A stretch of 62,451 nt of DNA, filler included, from Hausera hauseri (taxonomy: Eukaryota), in NCBI GenBank assembly GCA_046269625.1. It is 13 parts of 13 records of this genome, joined end to end, with 100 filler letters (N's around TTAATTAATTAA, not from the genome) between each part and the next. Parts side by side here need not be neighbours in the genome. Positions count along the whole stretch, not along the records: positions 49,850 to 53,833 come from JBJURY010840524.1; positions 53,934 to 57,913 come from JBJURY010842302.1; positions 58,014 to 62,451 come from JBJURY010581556.1; 10 more parts are not named here. The stretch is one strand, 5' to 3'. Positions within the stretch are counted from its first letter, which is position 1. The number at the start of each line of letters is the position of its first letter. The notes under the pieces are model-generated. The model saw only the letters and a list, made by a program, of their open reading frames with translations. It had not been told where the DNA came from and made no database searches. Of the stretch, positions 51,912 through 62,451 are shown piece by piece. The translations under genes were made by a program, and so were the position numbers.

Positions 51912-53933
51912 TGTCTATGTGTATACAGAGCTTATTAACTTAATGATTTATGAAATGGAACCCTCTACCGTATCCAGGAAGTAACACCGTAACAGAATCA
52001 CCAATAGAAATGTTGTCTATTCAATTGCTCCATTGTCAACTTCATTGGCTTATTAATTATCAACTGCAAACTGACTACAATTTCCCTTCATAAAAATACC
52101 ATTTAATTTTATTAATTAATTTGGGCAATAAATTACATATAAAGTAGCAACTGTCAATAAAAAATAGCAACCAAATATTAGCAGAACAACTATAATAACT
52201 ACAATAAACACGAAATTGTTGTTGAGTCATATTGGGACGTGCAGCACTTACTCACAGTCAAGTCAAATCAATAAATGACTCAGACTATCGAATATTTAAA
52301 CCGTCCACTACCTCTCATTTGTCATTAATCACAGCGCATATGTAAGTTTCGTTAATTCCTACATACGCACACACACTTACTCATTTCCTTTTGTAATATT
52401 TTATCGATCTGTCTCAACACAACATTCATATATCATGCACGACTCTCATTACTATGGATTCAATTGTCCGTTAGACAATCTTTCTCGTAAATCCCACGTC
52501 TCGTTTTCCCAATTTATCGTTCGTTTTGATCTCGATGCTATCGACATAGAGGAACAAGCGGTACTTACGAAAAGAAAGCATAATATCTGCTAAGAGATTT
52601 CCTTATTTTCATTCATTTTTCTTCAGATGACTCTAAAACGATCCAACGACACACTGCTGCATCGGTTGCGCCGAATATCTGCCGGTCTGGAATACTTACA
52701 AAAATGTAATTTTGTTCAACAAATGATGGTTCATTTTCATCATAGGTATCAGCGGCAAGAGGGGGAAATCGATGGAGTCGACGAATCACAGAAAATGTCC
52801 CCAGTCGAAGTCGGCAGCGGCTGTGGCAACTTACGCAAAGGAAACTTGTGAAGCGGTGTTGAAGCAGCTGAATTATCTGACTGTAAAAGGTAAAGACATG
52901 CGGTGTAAATGAGTCAGCAATTGTCATTCCAGATAAAGGTGTCGGTAATGTATGTAATAGTCATAACAACGGGATTGGACAAAGGAGGTTTTCGTTCAGT
53001 GAGGGACGATTGAAAACGGGATTTGATGTGGAGGCATTTCCGTCATTTCAGCAGAGTACTTGTGCCGCATTACGCATACATTTTATGTCCGTCAATTAAG
53101 GGATTACACCATCATATGGTAGTAACAGATCCATTGACTCCATTTTGCGGTTGCACGAGACTTTGGCAGTGACATCGAGATGCCGCAGTAGGAGTGAACA
53201 TACGATATTGCGGGATTGGAATTCGACTGATTTCATAAGGAATGGTAAATTGGTGTTTTGAGGTGGAGGACGAAATTGTTCTGGTTGTATTATTTATCTC
53301 ATTTTTCTGTGGATTGGGGTTATAGACTAATGATTTTGACAGATGAGTCATGTCTGTGTCATTTCGACAATTAACTACTTATGATGATTCACTCACTACG
53401 GAAGTATTCCAATAGTGGTCAGTAGGTTTTTGTAAAAATATTCACGTATGCAGACAATGCAACTTTCAGAAAAGGCTGTGTGACTAAATTAAGCGAAAGA
53501 CGGATGGGAGTAGGTAGAAATGAGCTCTCCGCCGCACTTCTCTGATTGGTCCGCCGACAAGTTTTCTCCACCTGATTGACAATTTCGAGCATTTCACTAA
53601 AATTTTTTTACGACCCCCTTCTAGGAAATGAGGTCGAACAAAGAGGTTCGGACCATGTGATATCGATAGCGCATGACGAGATGAGCAAAAGTTAATAGCG
53701 GTGCGGCTTACAGAAATGTAAGGGCGAGGAGCTAGAAGAGGAAGAAGCAAAACAGGAAATGCTCCACGTGTAACGCGAAACATGTTTCTAGCACTGAGAA
53801 AATGTGTACAAGGGGTAAATCGATATTGGCGATNNNNNNNNNNNNNNNNNNNNNNNNNNNNNNNNNNNNNNNNNNNNTTAATTAATTAANNNNNNNNNNN
53901 NNNNNNNNNNNNNNNNNNNNNNNNNNNNNNNNN

Positions 53934-56900
53934 CGGTCATCTATCTGCTACTATCACAGCAAATTTGGCAACAATGCTCAGAAATGCTGCATCGGTTGTA
54001 AATTTTACACCACCGATTTTAATACAAGTAACATCGTTTGCATCTATCACGCAAAATTTGGAACAAAAGCACAAAAATGTCTACCTGGTTGCAACTACAA
54101 CACACACAATAAAGTTAACACTATTAAACTAACACAAAATAGTAGGCCTAACTCACCAACTACAAAAACTGATTTTACCGTTAGGACACATGGCAAGTTA
54201 TAGCAAATGCAACAATCTACAAAAATCTGGCCGACACATTTCTTTTGCTCTATTCACGTTGGAAGCAGCAGTCATCACTCCAACAAAGCAAAACATTAAT
54301 TTTCTCATAGACACCGGCGCAGAAATCTCTTTACTTCCACCAACACATCACATCCAAAACAATTTTACTTCTAACAAACAACTGTTCACTGCGTCCGGTG
54401 AATTTTTACAAATTTTTGATATTACTAAATTAACTTTTACCCTACCAGATTTCCCAAACACATTCACCTGGAAATTCACAGTAACCAATGTACTCACACT
54501 TATATTGGGTTCAGACTTTCTGTCCCACTATAATTTACTCGTGGACTGTAAACGATGTTCATTAAGGAACGGAAATAATATTAATCAAATTAACAGCATT
54601 TCGGTGATCGCCGGGGCAACCGCTACCAGGAAGTCAATACTAAAAAAATGACTCCCGATTTGAATTATTTTTATACTCACTCATTTTTTAGAAATTTTTA
54701 TTACGGTGACAAATACGATATTGCGAACTGCGTGGCACCCATTACTGATAGTATATCTGCCAACAATATCTTCAATACAAACATCCTGCACCTAATATCA
54801 CCTTGTCACAACACCTCGTCTACAACTCATACTTCAACTGCATCAAGTCACGATGCATCGACACCATCTGAAAACCTTTCATCTTTGCCCTCTAACTTAC
54901 AGCAATATGTTTAGTCTTCCTGCTCTCGTTTGTCACAAAAGGACAAATCATTCGTACCACCTAAATTCACCTTCCCTCACATAGTAACAGCACATCAAAG
55001 GCCACTACGTCAAAGGGTTCGCCCACTGTCGCCTAGCCGCAGACAGTCAGTGAAGGCTGAGTTTCTCGAATTGGAAAAATCAGGAATAATCAGAAGTTCC
55101 AAATCCCCTTGGTCTTCACCACTACATGTGGTTCCAAAAAAGATGGTACCTTTCGCCCATGCGGTGATTACCTCCTGTGGTGTCCATATTTACCCAATTG
55201 GAAGAAACAAAATTATATGGACATTTCGTTTGTTGTTCAAATAAGCATGGTAGTGTGTGCGTAGTTTATTTATTTTATAAATACAATAATTTTAGAGACT
55301 TTTAAGTTCTTCATGTTTCTTGTTGCTGTTTGAGTTCATTGCAACAATCATTATATATTAGATAAATGGTCCAAAAAGTTCATATGTGATTACTGAGCAA
55401 TCTACACCGCCAACTCAACATTATAACAATAATGGATGCCTACCCTCTGCCATTAATTAACGACATCCTTCACAGGCTCCATGGTTCCATCATTTTTTCT
55501 TGCATTGATTTGCACAAGCATACCACCAAATTCCGGTGGCCCCAGCAGACATTCCAAAAACGGCTGTCATTAAACCATTCGGCCTTTTCGAATATCTTTT
55601 CATGCCTTTTGGTCTCCGTAGCGCTTTTTAGACCTTCCAAAGTCATACTGATACAGTTCTCTCAGGTTTAGACTTTGCTTATCCATATATAGATGATATC
55701 CTAATTGCATCATCTTCCTCAAAATAACACTCCGAACACCTACGTTTAATCTCCCAGCGTTTACACCAAAACAATTTGCAATTATTTTCTCCAAATGCTT
55801 TTTTTCAACATAAGGTGAAATTCCTAGGACATGTTATTAGCTCTTCTGGACATGCACCTCATTCAGAGCGCATCACACAGCTCAAAAACATACAGCTACC
55901 ACGTACATCAACAGAGATGCGTTCTTTCCTCGGAACCTTGCACTTTATTCACAAGTATATACCAGATTGCTGCACTCTAGCCGCTCAATTTGCGTCACTA
56001 AGCTCTGACAAGAAAAAAACAGCCTATTTAATGGACCGCCGAGCTAGTAAACGCCTTCGATCACCTCAAAGACAATCTAAAAGCCGTGAAAACCCTGGGC
56101 TATACATACTCGCATGCATCTACAACAGCTATAGGTGCTGTCCTCCATCAAGTTAAAAATGGATCCCACGAGCCATTAGAATTCTTTTCTCGAAAATTCA
56201 CGGCACAAGAGCAAAGATAGTCCACCTTTGATAGAGAGTTGCTTGCAGTGGTCCTTGCCGTAAAATACTTTAAGCATTTTTAACCGCACGAACTTTTACA
56301 ATGCAAACGGACCACAAGCTCTTGCTTCAAATTCTTACCATGAAATCGCCTTCTTCACGTCAGGAGAGGCCAATATCGTATTTGTCCACATTTAATTTTA
56401 AAATTAAGCAATTAAACGAAGTCGACAATTTGGTAGCTGACTTTTTGTCCCGATCGGTCAGTTCGATTGATTTTACACCAATTTTCCCTCAATCCAGAAT
56501 TCAACAAAACCAGCCACCTCCTGACATCCTTAAATCTTTTAAATCGTACAAAACTATCAACGGTGTGGCCTTTGACACCTCCAAACCTAATAATCCTAAA
56601 ATCATACTTTCTGAATCGCTTCAAAAAGAAGCATTCAACAACATCCATTTGTTGCACCATCCCGGCGCCAAGGCCACCTTTCGACTCTTACAACGCCAAG
56701 TAGTATGGCCGTCGATGCACTCTGATGTACAGGCATGGGTTAGACAGTGTGTGACATGCCAAAAATACAAAGTTACTAAGCATTTAAAGTCACTATTATA
56801 TCATTTTCCCCTGCACATCTTGTTTTGAATCTGTTCACATTGACCTTGTAGGCCCACTACCCATAGACAACAGTCATCAGTTCAGCCTCACTATGATGGA

Positions 56901-57720
56901 TCGTGCCTCGCGATGACCAGAGGCCGACTCTCTTCGGAGCACCAACACAGAAACAATCGCAGACATTTTCATCCGCACTTGGATCAGCAGGTTTGGATTA
57001 CCTTGCCACATCATCTCGGATTAAAGCCCACAGTTTGAATCCAACCTGTTTAAAGCTCTTGTCAATCGATAGAAAATTAACCATATACACACGTCATCCT
57101 ATCATTCTCCACTGAATGGCCTACTCGAACGCTTACACCGAACGATAAAAACGTCTCTTAAAATCCTTTCTGAGTCCAATCGCAGTTGGATCACACTCCT
57201 TAAGTAGGTTCTGCTTGGCTGGCGGAACACACCGTCTACTTCTACGGGGTGTTCACCTGCAGAAGCATTATTTGGTACTTCTATCAGACCATTATTTGAG
57301 CTGGCTGAGCTGGATAACATTCTTACAGACGAAACCATACAAGCGGCCCAGAGACATTTTGTTGCGATCAGCAAAGACTCATTTTGTAGACTGTTACACG
57401 GCAATAAACACTACGCACCGGACGATTTATATACTGCTAAGTTCATATGGCTAAAGAATCAGACGCCGTATGGTTTTCAACCTTAGTATATTGGCCCTTA
57501 CAAAGTAATTTGTTTACACTTCCACAACGTCATCATCATCAAGGAGAACAAAGAAGTAACAGTCCACATAAACAACGCTAATTCGGGCTTCTTCGTTGAC
57601 GATACGACCCCCGTCGAGACCATTTCTTCATCAACATTTTTACGCGACGCGCAGCAATCCAAAAATTCACTCCTTATTTCTGTTTAATCATTTAATCCAC
57701 TCTCCCCTACGGTTTCTCTT
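53934..57720 (+). mobile_element. Ty3/Gypsy gag-pol pseudogene (same family as 12008, 18439 and 28782)
   Basis: Two CxYHxKFG..AQKC knuckles, FLIDTGAEIS, SPWSSPLHVV, MPFGL, YIDDIL, RNase H and integrase in Gypsy order. Confidence 0.95.
55176..55406 (-). mobile_element. Solo LTR (231 bp) inserted into the Gypsy RT
   Basis: TGTGG...CTACA termini; 5-bp TSD CCTCC/CCGCC; removing it restores CGDYRQLN. Confidence 0.8.
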
Positions 57721-58896
57721 GTTAGGATCTCTTAATTACCCAAAAATCTGAATCAAAAAATCAAAAAATCGACCAGAATTCCAAATTGACCCTTTTGAAT
57801 TTTAAACCTTTGAGAGAAATAATCATTTCCCCAATCAACAAAATCCCAAAAAGTAAAAATCGAAACACGAGCCTGAAGAGCAAGAATCCAGCTACACAAA
57901 TTCGAAAACCGCANNNNNNNNNNNNNNNNNNNNNNNNNNNNNNNNNNNNNNNNNNNNTTAATTAATTAANNNNNNNNNNNNNNNNNNNNNNNNNNNNNNN
58001 NNNNNNNNNNNNNGATATGCAATGTTGTAAAAAATTACAACAAACGGTGAAATAAACTTCAGCTCCCCCCACCTCGAACACCGCATCTTTAACCGGCGGA
58101 TCAGGTTTGCCGATGTGGAGACCGCAACTTTAAGGCGGCGGCTCAGTCCTCTTGCTACCATAGATCGCCAGAAATATGTGCCGCGCTGGCATGGCGGCGA
58201 GAGAATTACAAATTTCATTATACTTTGACATAATATGAACAAGAAACTAAAAATAGAACTTTTGTAGAATATTGGTCGAATAATGAAAGGAACATTTTAT
58301 GAGAATTTCAAATTCCAATGATGTTAGCGGAAAATTGAACAAGTGTCAAATAATTTAACATTTGAAATCATTGAAATCCCGTTGCTTATGAGCAATATTT
58401 TAATTATTGTGACAAAAAGCATCAATAAAACTAAACCACCATTTTTATAACAATCCAGAAAAGTTAATTTTTTTAAAGAAAAAAGTAGGAAATGTTTATC
58501 TTTTCACGACAAAATTCCCCTACAAATACGACTGTAAATACGTAGTAAAACAAACAACGTAAATGATGCAAACCACAATACATTCACATGACAGAATTTC
58601 AAGATCTTTATTTACTTTTAGGTAACAAAGCTGGTTAGAAAATTTGAAAACCCACCACTTGCCAACAACAATGCAAATACTGACGAAACTCGATTGTTGA
58701 CAATTTGGGTAATTTTATTTTTAGAAACTTTACCACATTTTTGCAGTAATACGGAATTTTGTTATTTATTAATATTTGGTTAATATTTCTAATAAATTCA
58801 TCTTTGTCAGAATTTTGTCATGAATGACACATGTCAATAACACATTTTGATTGTCTTTTAGAAATGTTATATTGGAAGATATGAATGAGTTATCAA

Positions 58897-59316
58897 TTAT
58901 TCAGTAAAAATGGTTTTCGTCAAATGAGTCGTTTTCGTGTCTGTGCTGTAATTCAGAGCCGTTTCAATAAGTGCTTTGATACTGTATAGACTGGTGTTGC
59001 CTTCGATTTTGACGCTATTTAGAGTCAGTGAATTCTCATGGAGCAGTGTGAGGAAAAGGTAATTGGCCGGTGTGACAGTATCTGTTGCAGCAAAAACCGT
59101 TGATGCATCCTTATTAACAATGATTTTTACATAGAGCAGTGTATCGTTCAAATCCAGGTTTTTATTGTCCGATACCATAATGTTGAATTAAAGGTCAATG
59201 CTATCGTCCATTGAAACAGAATCAACGGAGGAGATTTCTTCAAATGCCGCATTGTCAACAACAACTTGTGGCGTCGCTTTGTCAAATATACACAATTCAG
59301 ATTTTGCAGATGCCAT
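58897..59316 (-). pseudogene. Polinton/adintovirus major capsid protein, N-terminal part
   Basis: KSELCIF..LDLNDTLLYVK..PANY..KALIETALNYS..HL; one stop; truncated. Confidence 0.8.
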
Positions 59317-59390
59317 TTGCCTATCTGTCAATCAATCAATTAATCAAAGATTGTATGATAACGACGTTTGCTTATAGTTGAGAAGCTCGA

Positions 59391-59699
59391 TCATGCACAA
59401 CGGCGTTTTCTCAAGCCACTGTCAGCGAATTGCTTTTTGACTGATTCAAAGACTCCCGGTGCAGCGCTTTTTATTTCTGACAAGGCTTGTTCCTTCAATG
59501 ATGGTAAAATCAATTTGTTTTCATATAGTACGTCCTGTGCTGTTTTTGTTGCCACGGCTTCAATACACTTCAACACCGAAAATGCTAAACGTGCCAATGT
59601 ACGCAACCATCTAGAGCCATACTGTTTAGCAACGAAATACGGCAGTTCACCGCCCTGCTGCGGTTTACTGTAAATGGAAACGATTTTGGAATCAATCAT
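59391..59699 (-). CDS. Polinton core/membrane-active protein (pVI/GasderminX-like)
   Basis: QQGGELPYFVAKQYGSRWLRTLARLAFSVLK amphipathic motif after a GG site; basic C-terminus; lies between penton and MCP. Confidence 0.65.
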   Translation of the reverse strand: MIDSKIVSIYSKPQQGGELPYFVAKQYGSRWLRTLARLAFSVLKCIEAVATKTAQDVLYENKLILPSLKEQALSEIKSAAPGVFESVKKQFADSGLRKRRCA

Positions 59700-59709
59700 G
59701 TTGTTTGAT

Positions 59710-60757
59710 TCAACGGAAATGAAGAGTTAGACTGATTGTGGTACCACACGGAAATTCAATAAACTAGCCCGTGTTACATCGGATATTCACTTCAACATTG
59801 TTTATAGATGTAGATGCCACAGGTAGGTACATTGGATTATCGAGCTTGACAGTGACATTATTGCCAGCAGTAACGCATGGAGTAGCGGTACACGTACTCC
59901 ACCGACGAAAATCTGTTCGGTGACGTTCACGTAAATGTACATTTGACTTAGTCCCGTTTTTAGTTTGGGTTTAAGTTTTGCAATAATTGCCACCTCCGCC
60001 CCTGTCTTCGTATATGATGTCTGAAACTGCTGTTTTTCAAAACCCAATATCATGTCTAAAGCTTCGTCCAATGAAATGTCGACAATATCCTTAGCCAGTT
60101 CAAATTTAAAGTACCTATTTTTATCTGACTCGAAAACTTTAAATATCCCGTTGTACTTTTTATTAGAAGAAATTGTTGACAGAGCTGTGCTAAAGATTCA
60201 CAATAAACATAGTCTCCAATCGATACGTATGACGCTAACATTCTCAGTGTTGTATAGGTAAATTTCACCGTTGTCTGGTAATATACAGGACTTAACCTTG
60301 GAGCAACTATATTTTCACTTTTAATATGATTGCCTTTGTACTCTGTATTTGAGAATCTAAATTTCTGCGCCATCTGAGCGGACGGAAAGGTAACAGTAAA
60401 TTCAAAATTTGCCATAAAAACTAAATTTTCCCCTAAAATATAAACACCAATTTTGCCGTATGAACCGGAACCTGTTTCCATCGTGCAAATGGCCGAGTCT
60501 CCAACCGTTATTTTATTATTAGTAAGTGTCAGAGGCCAAGAATGTGTTTTGGTTTTAGTAACAGTCTTGTTGTACGTAATTTTCATACTACCTTTCAATG
60601 TCATCGGTGCGTAGGAAAAGTTAAAATTTGTCAGTGCAACCTCACATTGTCCAGATAAATCCAAAGGATTGTTGCAATCTACAACGTATTCACTAGCGGA
60701 ATCGTTCGAACGAGTCGTTGGACAACTGTTGCTCGGCAACACCATGTAAATACTCAT
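59710..60757 (-). pseudogene. Minor capsid (penton) protein 2
   Basis: IYMVLPSNS..PLDLSGQCEVAL..YIYVNVTE..VGGVRVPLL..LTLHFR. Confidence 0.82.
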
Positions 60758-60811
60758 GATCTCGATGATTATGATGATCATGATGATGATCATGATGACG
60801 CAGTTTGTTTA

Positions 60812-61886
60812 TTATCGACGTTGACGACGTCGAAAATGTAACGTCAAATGTGTCGTTGACCCATATAGAAATTTAATGGGTTCCTAAAACTCATCAAACA
60901 TATACACGGAAATACTGTGCACAATATTGAGGCAATGATAAGTACATAGGTTTGAACATAATAACGCGAACAGTTTTACCCGATGATGATATTTTGTACG
61001 TGTCGGAATCCAGTTCGATAGAAGCGAGCAGTTGTTTACGTTCTCCACCAACGAGTACGGATTCGGTTAAGTCCGTTACAATGTTAATTCGGTAAAATGC
61101 TCCATAGAGTTGTGGTTTGTATTTGGCAACAATAGATCATCCAAGGATGTTTTGATAGAATTTACGTTGTGGAAAACCCAGATTCCGAGCCAATAATTCA
61201 TCAAAGGCAAAATATGTAAATTTGTCATGTTGTGTAATCGAAATACGACCATCTGCGTTTATTTCACATGTATTTACGGCTAATTCAGCCGAATTCTTGA
61301 TGTATTTACATAATTCCAGTTCCGTTTCCATTAGTAAATCATGGGGTATAATATAATAGCGAAAGACGGCTTCTGATTTAGTTTACATTACTATAATATC
61401 AGATTCCGCATTGGATGACAGGTCCAATTCTTCACCAGTTATAACATGTCCACCTAGCCGTAGACGTTTTGAGTGTACATTGACTGATTGAAAACCCCAT
61501 GCCTGAGCATTACCCATGGATTTAAACTGCATTTCCATGGTATTTCGATGCATTAGTTTCATACGGTAGTTTGAAAAGTAAGCATAAACCGAGAAATTTT
61601 CTTGCGAATAATTGCGAAGAGTATATCGGTTATTGTGTCAGATTGTCCGCAAACGAATTGAAATAAAGTTCGTTTCTTGTCTGGTAATGTAAATACCACT
61701 GTTTTGACTTATTGTAATTGTTGAAAATGTAAATGTAAATTTCGTCAAAGCCACCTCCAAGGCTCCGTGGCGTAAATCAACCGGTTGGTCGAAGTGCATG
61801 GTAAACTGTTTAGCGGTATTGTCATTGTAGTCATGTTGTGATAACAATCTGTTACTATCAAGTACCAAGTAAATGCTGATGCTCAT
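60812..61886 (-). pseudogene. Minor capsid (penton) protein 1
   Basis: IYLVLDSN..FDQPVDL..LEVAL..LVGGERKQLL..LTLHFRR; its ATG overlaps the integrase stop (ATGA). Confidence 0.8.
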
Positions 61887-62451
61887 TGAATCTGTGATGC
61901 AAAAATCCAACTCGGTGCAGTGTATCCGTGCCACTCGACGAGATATTGTTTATTCGAACCTTTAACACGTGAACGTAAAATTTCCCGAATACGATACACA
62001 TCAGATTTTTTCGCTAGTATTTGCAGTTCCTGTTCGTAAAATTTGCCACGTATTTCGTCACAATTTTCATCTTCTAAAGCGTACATAACCGGACTTTGCT
62101 TCGTGTTGATTGCCGAAATTCGGAAAACCTCATTGCTCCAGTTATGACTGGAATTCTTAATGAATGGCGTCGTACTCAGCTTTCAAATACGTACATAATC
62201 ACCGATTTTATATTTTGTGCGAAATTTAATTGCCTGTCGTCCTCGTTGTGTTGTTCGGTTGTTTTGATAAAGCCATATGTCCAAATCATCAATTGCGTCA
62301 ACCGGCCGTAATCCATTGATACCACGGTGTATCGAATGATTGTATGCATGAATAATATCCGGCAGTACATCTATCCAGCGCTTGTTGCCTTGCTTCGTAA
62401 AGAATTTGTTTAGGCGGCCGCGCAGCGTTCGATTAAATCGTTCAACGAGTG
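61883..62451 (-). pseudogene. Polinton retroviral-like integrase, C-terminal half with chromodomain
   Basis: VERFNRTL..WIDVLPDIIHAYN, GKFYEQELQ, YRIREIL..YLVEWHGY..SWI. Confidence 0.9.

Noticed and set aside
4835-58013. Recurring TTAATTAATTAA motif and apparent gene neighbourhoods across it (e.g. tandem pPolB copies 2 and 3)
   Set aside because: Artificial contig linkers; order and adjacency across them carry no biological information.

Overview
This window is not one continuous locus. It is 13 short contigs (about 4-6.5 kb each) joined by 12 artificial 100-bp spacers (44 N + TTAATTAATTAA + 44 N), so adjacency is only meaningful within a contig: 1-4834, 4935-8983, 9084-13232, 13333-19833, 19934-24512, 24613-28681, 28782-35354, 35455-40089, 40190-45022, 45123-49749, 49850-53833, 53934-57913, 58014-62451. 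The DNA is AT-rich animal genomic sequence; a Yorkie copy suggests a flatworm-like invertebrate (inference). Most of it is decayed mobile DNA: three Polinton/adintovirus-type protein-primed PolB pseudogenes, a Polinton integrase-capsid module, several Ty3/Gypsy remnants, Tigger, Chapaev, piggyBac, RTE, Penelope and tRNA-SINE fragments. There is one normal spliced host gene (stum-like). The least explained features are: (i) compact intron-free gene cassettes carrying host-derived sequence (RING ligase next to an intronless yorkie; an axonemal dynein N-terminus fused to an unknown repeat protein; a dUTPase); (ii) a pPolB family with a tandemly duplicated, unrecognised Cys/His domain and a 46-nt intron after the start codon; (iii) an LTR element with a RING ORF just before its PPT; (iv) a >1170-aa uninterrupted coiled-coil/P-loop GTPase ORF next to a GPCR fragment. 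All calls come from reading motifs by eye; no database searches were run.
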